Source: an uncultured Acidimicrobiales bacterium (GTDB lineage: Bacteria > Actinomycetota > Acidimicrobiia > Acidimicrobiales > SHLQ01). From it: a DNA stretch of 36,573 bases. The stretch lies in assembly GCA_965531045.1 (NCBI GenBank), contig CBESNZ010000001.1, forward strand, positions 1 to 36,573, read 5' to 3'. Position 1 is the stretch's first letter. The number at the start of each line of letters is the position of its first letter. Shown here one piece after another: positions 1 through 5,736 of the stretch. The position numbers and the translations under genes are program-made. The notes beneath the pieces are model-generated. The model ran no database searches. It was not told the DNA's origin and saw only the letters and a program-made list of their open reading frames with translations.

Positions 1-137
1 ATTGCGGCCACCGCTGCCGTTGGCAGCGCTATCGGGGCTATCGGGGCTATCTGGGCCATCTGGGTGGTCGGAAGGATCGGGTTGGTCGGAGCAGCACCGA
101 AGAAGGTGGTGAGCGAGGAGGTGTGGGTTGGAGCCAT
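1..137 (-). CDS. Hypothetical protein, N-terminal part only (runs off the window); divergent from lexA
   Basis: ATG at 137-135 opens a stop-free minus-strand frame to base 1 (MAPTHTSSLTTFFGAAPTNPILPTTQMAQIAPIAPIALPTAAVAA...). It is absent from the ORF track because it has no stop inside the window. It shares the SOS-box-rich intergenic region with lexA. Confidence 0.3.
   Translation of the reverse strand, partial: MAPTHTSSLTTFFGAAPTNPILPTTQMAQIAPIAPIALPTAAVAA
28..63. repeat. 9-bp tandem repeat, 4 copies (gctatcggg gctatcggg gctatctgg gccatctgg)
   Basis: Read directly. It is in frame with the partial minus-strand ORF and encodes Q/P-I/M-A tripeptide repeats. Confidence 0.8.
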
Positions 138-199
138 GGAACCATTCTCTCTAGGGGGTGTGACAGTCTCGGAAAAGGCCCGAAACCCTTGATTTCGAC

Positions 200-237
200 T
201 GACAATGCCTGACTTGGATGACAATGCTTGACTTGGA
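200..237. repeat. 19-bp tandem duplication (tgacaatgcCtgacttgga / tgacaatgcTtgacttgga), 18/19 identical
   Basis: Read directly. Each copy carries TGACTT/TTGACT-like and GACAAT-like hexamers. The second copy abuts the first SOS box. Confidence 0.85.
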
Positions 238-247
238 ACACGTGTTC
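236..247. promoter_or_regulatory. SOS (Cheo-type) box GAAC-acgt-GTTC, lexA upstream box 1
   Basis: tgGAACacgtGTTCgg matches the Gram-positive/actinobacterial LexA operator core GAAC-N4-GTTC. A degenerate extra copy, GAACatgtGTgC, lies at 251-262. Confidence 0.7.
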
Positions 248-264
248 GGGGAACATGTGTGCGA

Positions 265-278
265 CGAACACTCGTTCG
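265..278. promoter_or_regulatory. SOS box CGAAC-actc-GTTCG, lexA upstream box 2
   Basis: aCGAACactcGTTCGa is 11/12 to TCGAAC-N4-GTTCGA. A TAnnnT hexamer (TACAGT, 282-287) follows immediately. Confidence 0.8.
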
Positions 279-292
279 AGATACAGTCAACA

Positions 293-306
293 CGAACACC
301 TGTTCG
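293..306. promoter_or_regulatory. SOS box CGAAC-acct-GTTCG, lexA upstream box 3
   Basis: aCGAACacctGTTCGc lies 30 nt upstream of the lexA ATG. Confidence 0.8.
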
Positions 307-335
307 CCCGCAACCCCCTTTACGGAGAAAATCTC

Positions 336-965
336 ATGGCCGAAGCCCCGACCGAACGCCAACAACAGATTCTCGAGTTCATCGACTCGCAGATGCGCGA
401 TCGGGGGTTCCCTCCCTCGGTCCGCGAGATCGGCGAGGCCGTCGGGCTCACCTCGCCGTCCACCGTGCACTCCCACCTGTCGACGCTCACCAAGCTGGGC
501 TACCTGCGCCGCGACCCCGACAAGCCACGGGCGATCGAGGTGCATTGGGATCGTGCGTCGGGCGCCGTTGTCGATCGTCGTCCGGTGCGCCACGTACCGC
601 TCGTCGGCGACGTTGCGGCCGGCACCGACGTGCTCGCGCAGGAAAACATCGAAGAGACGATGCCGCTCCCGGCCGACCTCACCGGCGATGGCGACTTGTT
701 CATGTTGCGCGTCCGAGGCGATTCCATGATCGAGGCCGGCATCTTCGACGGTGACTTCATCGTGGCTCGCTCACAGCCCTACGCCGAAAACGGCGACATC
801 GTCGTCGCAGGCATTCCGGGCGAGGAAGCCACGGTCAAGACGTACCGCAAGGAAAAGCACGAGATCGTGCTCGTCCCCCACAATCCCGCGCTCTCACCCA
901 TGCATTTCAGCCCCGACGACGTCACAATCTTCGGCCGAGTTGTCACGGTGCTGCGAAAGCTCTAA
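336..965 (+). CDS. lexA: LexA repressor (SOS transcriptional repressor, S24 autopeptidase)
   Basis: MAEAPTERQQQILEFIDSQMRDRGFPPSVREIGEAVGLTSPSTVHSHL... is a typical LexA winged-helix N-terminus. The C-terminal S24 domain shows GDSM...VKT.RK motifs. I chose the start at 336 (M37 of the 228-965 ORF) because the upstream part overlaps the SOS boxes. Confidence 0.95.
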   Translation: MAEAPTERQQQILEFIDSQMRDRGFPPSVREIGEAVGLTSPSTVHSHLSTLTKLGYLRRDPDKPRAIEVHWDRASGAVVDRRPVRHVPLVGDVAAGTDVLAQENIEETMPLPADLTGDGDLFMLRVRGDSMIEAGIFDGDFIVARSQPYAENGDIVVAGIPGEEATVKTYRKEKHEIVLVPHNPALSPMHFSPDDVTIFGRVVTVLRKL

Positions 966-1002
966 AACTGCGTCCGCTCTTGTAGGGGCTTTCAAGAAAA
1001 CA

Positions 1003-1043
1003 GAGGCGCCGCAGCGAAGTGCTGCGGCGCCTTTGTCGTTCTG
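1003..1043. terminator. Bidirectional intrinsic terminator between lexA and the convergent lipoprotein gene
   Basis: Perfect 12-bp stem AGGCGCCGCAGC / GCTGCGGCGCCT (1003-1014 / 1020-1031) with loop GAAGT. It is followed by TTGTCGTTCTGTT and preceded by an A-rich run, which gives a U-tract on the other strand. Confidence 0.8.
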
Positions 1044-1053
1044 TTGCCGATCC

Positions 1054-2013
1054 CTACTCGGCCGCGCAGTGCACTTCAGCGGTCATGGTCGCGAACTCGC
1101 CGGTGAAGGAAGCGTCACCGACGGGCGTCTGCACCTCGAACCCATCGTCGTGGATCGTGGCGATCGGGGTCGCACCGTCGGGGCCCGACGCCACCGGCCT
1201 CCAGCCGATCATGTTTGCCCCGTCCAATTCCACGACGGCGCCGGTCACGTAACTCGGGTCCGAGCGGGTGTCGATGATCAACGAGTGGAAGTCGCTCGTG
1301 AAGCTGGCCACCGTGCCCTCGATCTCGCACGACCCGGTCGATTCGTACACCTCGTCGCCAACCACCGCACGGAAGGTCCCCGTCCCGACAATGGCGTTCG
1401 CCTCGATCATGGCCTGCTGCGCTTCGTCGGAGTTCGTGTCATAGAGGTCGAGGCCGTACCGAGCGGTGCCGTTGCCTTGGTCCCTGATCTCCATGATGAC
1501 CAGCTCACCGTTGGCGTTGCGAGCCTCGAACCGGCCCTCCTCAACCGAATCCTCGAGGATCTCGAAGCCCGCCGCGGTCACCATCGAGCGTTGCGCGTCG
1601 GTGATCGCCGCCACGTCGGCGCCGTCGATGACGCCGAACACGATCGACTCGCCGTACGTCGGGTCGGTGGTGGCGGCCTGAATGTTGAGGCCGTCCGGCA
1701 GCTGCACCCAGTCCGCCAGCCAGGACGGCCGATCGAGGTCGTCGCCCATGGCGCCGATGCCGCCGTCGATCTCGAACTCGGCGCTGTTGTTCTCCACATC
1801 GATGTCGACGCCTTCGGCACCGAGTCCGTCGAGAATGCCCTCCGCCGCGTTCTCCGCCGCCCGGTTGCCGGCGTCTTCTGCGGATCCACCGCAGGCACTC
1901 AGGCCGAGCACGGCGGCCAGACCCAGCGTGGCCACGGTTCGCGCGGCACCGATTGTTCGAGCGGTGCCACGGCTTCGCGCGGTCCGGGGTCGGCATGTCG
2001 TCGTGTTCGCCAT
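1054..2013 (-). CDS. Hypothetical secreted lipoprotein
   Basis: N-terminus MANTTTCRPRTARSRGTARTIGAARTVATLGLAAVLGLSAC has Arg-rich, hydrophobic and lipobox (L-S-A-C) regions. I recognise no family. The start could instead be 2037 or 2058. Confidence 0.7.
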   Translation of the reverse strand: MANTTTCRPRTARSRGTARTIGAARTVATLGLAAVLGLSACGGSAEDAGNRAAENAAEGILDGLGAEGVDIDVENNSAEFEIDGGIGAMGDDLDRPSWLADWVQLPDGLNIQAATTDPTYGESIVFGVIDGADVAAITDAQRSMVTAAGFEILEDSVEEGRFEARNANGELVIMEIRDQGNGTARYGLDLYDTNSDEAQQAMIEANAIVGTGTFRAVVGDEVYESTGSCEIEGTVASFTSDFHSLIIDTRSDPSYVTGAVVELDGANMIGWRPVASGPDGATPIATIHDDGFEVQTPVGDASFTGEFATMTAEVHCAAE

Positions 2014-2130
2014 CGTTGTTCGCCCTCGTTCGATCATGACACCAACGTAAGGCGACACCGATTTCTGCGCAGCAAGCCCGGCGACGGCGCTTCTGTCAAG
2101 CAGATGACACGCCGACGGGCGGCGCGATCA

Positions 2131-3201
2131 TCACAGCGGGGTGGTGAGCAGGTCGAGCAGTGCGGCGTGGGAAGCTTCGAGTGTCCATCGTTCGAGGTAC
2201 TCGCCCTGGGTGTGGGCAATCGTTGCGTCGCCCGGACCGAGGTTGATGGCCGGTACGCCACGCTCGCTGAAAAACGCCACGTCGGTCCAGCCGAGCTTGG
2301 CCCGCACCTCGAGGTTGTTGCGCGCGATCATTCCGGCGATCGTCGGATGGTCGAGCCCCGGGCGAGCGGCCGGGGACAGGTCGACGACCTCGAACGAGTC
2401 GCCGTCCTCGAGGAACGGGTCGAGGATCTGGCGCACATGGGCCACGGCGTCGTCGGTGGAACGATCGGGGGCGAACCGATGGTTGATGGTCAACTCGACC
2501 TCGTCGGGGACCACATTGCCGGCCACTCCCCCGTCGACGAACACCGCCTGCAATCCCTCGTGATACGTGCAGCCATCCACGGTGGGCCGGCGGGGCTCGT
2601 ACGCGTCGATGACGGTCAACAGCGCCCCGAGTCGGTGGATCGCGTTTCGTCCCATCCAGGCTCGTGCGGTGTGCGCTCGGGCCCCGGTCAGCGTGACGAT
2701 GCAGCGCATCGTGCCTTGGCACCCGGCTTCGACGGCGCCGGACGTGGGTTCGCCGAGGATGGCGACATCGCCGACCAACAGCTCGGGCGCCTCGGCGAAC
2801 AGCTCGCGCAGGCCGTTGTGTTCGACCGCCACTTCTTCGCGGGCATAGATGACGTAGGTGACATCGTGCACCGGCTCGGCCACGGTGCGGGCGAGCTCGA
2901 GCATCACCGCCAGGCCGCCCTTCATGTCGGTCGATCCCAGCCCCCACAGCGTGTCGCCGTCGATTCGGGCGGTGGCGTTGTCGTTGACCGGCACCGTGTC
3001 GCTGTGACCGCCGAGTATCACCCGATACGGGCGGCCGAGTTGGGTGCGCGCCACCACGTTGTCGCCGACGCGGTGTACGTCGAGACCGTCGATCTTGCGG
3101 AACTCGGTTGCAAACCAGGTCGCCAGTTCAGCCTCTTCGAAGCTGACCGAAGGCATGTCGACCAGCGCAGCGGTAAGGGCGAGGAGATCGGTGTCGGTCA
3201 C
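2131..3201 (-). CDS. dapE: Succinyl-diaminopimelate desuccinylase (M20 metallopeptidase)
   Basis: MTDTDLLALTAALVDMPSVSFEE...ILGGHSDTVP...GLGSTDMKGG are M20/DapE hallmarks. GTG start lies 9 nt after the dapD stop. Confidence 0.85.
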   Translation of the reverse strand: MTDTDLLALTAALVDMPSVSFEEAELATWFATEFRKIDGLDVHRVGDNVVARTQLGRPYRVILGGHSDTVPVNDNATARIDGDTLWGLGSTDMKGGLAVMLELARTVAEPVHDVTYVIYAREEVAVEHNGLRELFAEAPELLVGDVAILGEPTSGAVEAGCQGTMRCIVTLTGARAHTARAWMGRNAIHRLGALLTVIDAYEPRRPTVDGCTYHEGLQAVFVDGGVAGNVVPDEVELTINHRFAPDRSTDDAVAHVRQILDPFLEDGDSFEVVDLSPAARPGLDHPTIAGMIARNNLEVRAKLGWTDVAFFSERGVPAINLGPGDATIAHTQGEYLERWTLEASHAALLDLLTTPL

Positions 3202-3210
3202 ACAAAAAGC

Positions 3211-4032
3211 CTAGAGCGCGACGCCGTGGGTGCGCAGCACGTCGTTGAGCGCACCTTTGTCGTGACGCTCGCCGGGGGTGAGGTGCTTGATCACCAACGC
3301 ACACGGGAGCCCGAACGTGCCGCCGCCAAGGTCCTTCGGTCGTGTCGCCATGATGCACACGGTCCATGGCGGCACGTGGCCACGGCTCAGCTCTTCGCCG
3401 GTCTCGGCGTCGATCACCGGGATCGAACCGTTGAGGATGAGACCCGAACCGATGACGGCCCCCTCCCCCACCCGAGCGCCTTCGGTGATCATCGCCCGGC
3501 TGCCGATGAACACCTCGTCCTCGATCATCACCGGGCTGGCGACCGCTGGTTCGAGCACGCCCCCGATGCCAACCCCGCCCGCAACGTGCACGTTCTTGCC
3601 GATCTGGGCGCACGAGCCGATCGTGGCCCACGTATCGACCATCGAGTTCTCGCCGACATGGGCGCCGATGTTGATGTAGCTCGGCATCATCACCACGCCG
3701 GGCGCCTGATACGAGCCCCAACGCGCCGATGCGCCAGGAACCACACGGACGCCGCGGGCTTGATAGTTGGTCTTCAACGGGATCTTGTCGGCGTACTCGA
3801 ACGGTCCAAGCTCGATCGTGGTCATCTTCGAGAGCTTGAACGTGAGCAGGATGGCGAACTTCAGCCACTGGTGCACGACGACCTCATCATCCACGATCTC
3901 AGCCACGCGGGCTTGGCCATTGTCGAGCAACTCAATCGCCGCCCAGACGACATTGGTCACCTCGGTGTCGTCGGGATCGAGGGAGTCTCGTCGCTCCCAC
4001 AGTGTTTCGATCTGTGCCTGCAGTTCAGCCAT
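3211..4032 (-). CDS. dapD: 2,3,4,5-tetrahydropyridine-2,6-dicarboxylate N-succinyltransferase
   Basis: 273 aa, collinear with the E. coli-type DapD as I recall it (HQWLK..ILL.F...MPSYINIGA.V.EG.MVDTWATIGSCAQIGKNVH..GGVGIGGVLEP). The ATG at 4032 overlaps the dapC stop (TGATG). The long 5' extension of the 3211-4659 ORF overlaps dapC and is rejected. Confidence 0.92.
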   Translation of the reverse strand: MAELQAQIETLWERRDSLDPDDTEVTNVVWAAIELLDNGQARVAEIVDDEVVVHQWLKFAILLTFKLSKMTTIELGPFEYADKIPLKTNYQARGVRVVPGASARWGSYQAPGVVMMPSYINIGAHVGENSMVDTWATIGSCAQIGKNVHVAGGVGIGGVLEPAVASPVMIEDEVFIGSRAMITEGARVGEGAVIGSGLILNGSIPVIDAETGEELSRGHVPPWTVCIMATRPKDLGGGTFGLPCALVIKHLTPGERHDKGALNDVLRTHGVAL

Positions 4033-5159
4033 CAGGACGAAACCCGACGGAGCGCGATCCGCAGCTGCTCGACGGGTTGCACTGCCGCGACTCGGACGTG
4101 TCCCGAACCGGCTTCGCCGTAGAACTCGCCAGGGCTCACCACGATGCCGGCCGTCTCGGCCAACCGGTGCGCCAATGCCCACGCGTCGCCTTCGGGAGCA
4201 GCCACCCACAGGTAGAAGCCACCCTTGGGCAGCTCGCACGGGATTCCCAGCCGGGAGAAGATCTCGGCGCCGACCTCGAGGCGTTCGCGGTAGTGCTCGC
4301 GGATTCCGTCGACATGGGCGTCGTCGTCGAACGCCACGACGGCTGCGGCCTGCACCGGCCCGGGAACCATCATGCCGGCGTGCTTTCGGACCTCTTGCAG
4401 GTAGTGCACCAGTTCGGTGTCGCCGGCATAGAACCCGGCACGGCCACCGGCGAAGTTCGACCGTTTCGACAGCGAGTGGACGGCGACCACGCCATCGGTG
4501 CCGTGCTCGAGAATCGATCGGCCGGGGCCGGACCACGTGAATTCGATGTAGCACTCGTCGCTGAACACCGGCACGCCGTTGGCACGTCCCCATGCGGCAA
4601 CCGCCTCGAGATCGTCCAACGCGCCGGCGGGATTCGCCGGGCTGTTGACCCACAGGCACAGCGCGCGAGCGGCATCACTCGGGTCGATGGCCGACAGGTC
4701 GAGCCGCCACTGATCGTCGACGGGCACCGCGACCGCGCGGCAACTGCCGAGCGTCGCGCCCATGGCGTAGCTCGGGTAGCTGACCGCTGGATACAGGATC
4801 GTGTCGCGGTCCGGGGTACGGAGCCGCAAGAAGTTGGGGAGCCCGGCGACGAACTCCTTCGACCCGACCGTCGCACCGAGCTGTGTCCCTGGGTCGACCC
4901 CCACGCCGAATCGTCGGTCCAACCAGCGGGCGCCGGCAGTGCGAAATGCCTCGCTACCGATCGATGGCGGGTAGCCACGCTCGAGATTCGACGTGGACAA
5001 CGCTTCGACGACGGCCGTCGGTGGAGGGTCGAACGGCGCGCCGATCGACAGATCGATCGCGACGCCGTGCGAGGCCGCGGCCACCGCCTTCACCTCGTTG
5101 AGACGGTCGTACGGATACGGCGGCGGAACCAAGCCCTTGGACACACTGCCTTGGGTCAT
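4032..5159 (-). CDS. dapC: Succinyldiaminopimelate aminotransferase (class I PLP aminotransferase, actinobacterial DapC type)
   Basis: PYPYDRLNEVKAVAAASHGVAIDLSIGAPFDPPP...YPPSIGSEAFR...SLSKRSNFAGGRAGF has the aminotransferase fold and the SxSK Lys motif. It is translationally coupled to dapD. Confidence 0.8.
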   Translation of the reverse strand: MTQGSVSKGLVPPPYPYDRLNEVKAVAAASHGVAIDLSIGAPFDPPPTAVVEALSTSNLERGYPPSIGSEAFRTAGARWLDRRFGVGVDPGTQLGATVGSKEFVAGLPNFLRLRTPDRDTILYPAVSYPSYAMGATLGSCRAVAVPVDDQWRLDLSAIDPSDAARALCLWVNSPANPAGALDDLEAVAAWGRANGVPVFSDECYIEFTWSGPGRSILEHGTDGVVAVHSLSKRSNFAGGRAGFYAGDTELVHYLQEVRKHAGMMVPGPVQAAAVVAFDDDAHVDGIREHYRERLEVGAEIFSRLGIPCELPKGGFYLWVAAPEGDAWALAHRLAETAGIVVSPGEFYGEAGSGHVRVAAVQPVEQLRIALRRVSS

Positions 5160-5211
5160 CGAACGGCCAACAAATCGGTACGCATTGCGTCACCCTACCG
5201 GCGGGTGCAAC

Positions 5212-5694
5212 CTAGATTTCGAGGGGGCAGCTGAGGTGGGGATCGAGCACCTGGGTGAGGCGGCCGAGGCCGAGGAAGCTGGCCATCAGCACCGACAGGT
5301 CGAGGATCTCGTCGTCGGCCCATTCGGCCCGCAGCCGAGACCAGAAGTCATCGTCCATCGCCAAGTGGTTCTGCCCGAACAGGTCGGCGTATTCGATAGC
5401 GACCCGCTCGCGATCGCTGAACCGCTCGGAGGTCTGCCAGTCGGCCACCTCGGCATAGTCATCCTCGGATAGTCCTTGCTCCGCCAACTGCGAAGCGCGT
5501 GTACCGAGTCAAATGGGACAGTCGTTGATCTGAGCGATGCGCATTCGCACGAGTTCACGTTCGCGAATCGCCACCTTGGAGTGCTCGTACGCCTTCATGG
5601 AGAACGTCGCGGCGGCCATGCCCATGTCGGGGTTGACCCCCCACAAACGCATGAGCTCCTCGCCGTCACCATCGGGAACATCGATTCGTGCCAT
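5212..5694 (-). CDS. Carboxymuconolactone decarboxylase / AhpD-like family protein with an in-frame TGA (5511-5509) at the second position of the CxxC motif; candidate selenoprotein (alternative: pseudogene)
   Basis: The two track ORFs (5509-5694 and 5212-5487) are in the same frame, separated only by TGA plus 7 sense codons. The joined product reads ...RERELVRMRIAQINDCPI[TGA]LGTRASQLAEQGLSEDDYAEVADWQTSERFSDRERVAIEYADLF.... This is collinear with the CMD-family pattern (..RV.Q.NGC.YC......A...G...E....L.DW..S..F...ERAAL.....). The 98 codons after the TGA keep coding character. Confidence 0.65.
5464..5508 (-). promoter_or_regulatory. Candidate bacterial SECIS-like stem-loop immediately 3' of the in-frame UGA
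   Basis: RNA: UGA-CUCGG-UACACGC-GCUUCGC-AGUUG-GCGGAGC-AAGGACUAU-CCGAG. The upper stem is 7 bp (one G-U pair) with apical loop AGUUG, and the lower stem is 5 bp starting right after the UGA. The apical loop begins 19 nt after the UGA. Codons in this stretch are unusually A/T-ending (ACA, GCT, TTG, CAA, GGA, CTA) for this genome. Confidence 0.5.
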
Positions 5695-5736
5695 GGCGCC
5701 AACCGTAGACGCACCACGCCGATGCCGAAAGCCTTG

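Noticed and set aside
751-4122. 1123-aa plus-strand ORF spanning the lipoprotein, dapE and dapD region
   Set aside because: It is antisense to three genes with clear homology-like sequence. Its product is Arg/Gly/Ala/His-rich low-complexity sequence, typical of stop-poor frames in high-GC DNA. The same reasoning rejects 5476-8166 (antisense to MMPL), 8234-9475 (antisense to hflX), 17292-18845, 20449-21903, 24201-25643, 31144-32673, and the N-terminal 2.4 kb of 31596-35954 and of 30190-32919.
3211-4659. 482-aa version of the dapD ORF and the 423/413/494/531-aa long versions of the dapF, lipoprotein, cinA and miaB ORFs
   Set aside because: The N-terminal extensions are Arg/Pro-rich, overlap the upstream gene and lack family-like sequence. 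Internal starts give proteins of canonical length with start/stop coupling to their neighbours.
5485-5511. Treating 5509-5694 and 5212-5487 as two independent small genes (as the ORF track does)
   Set aside because: The second ORF would need a TTG start without an SD. The two halves are in the same frame and together reconstruct one CMD/AhpD-like domain, and neither half is a plausible stand-alone fold. A plain nonsense pseudogene remains the main alternative to selenocysteine and is stated in the finding.
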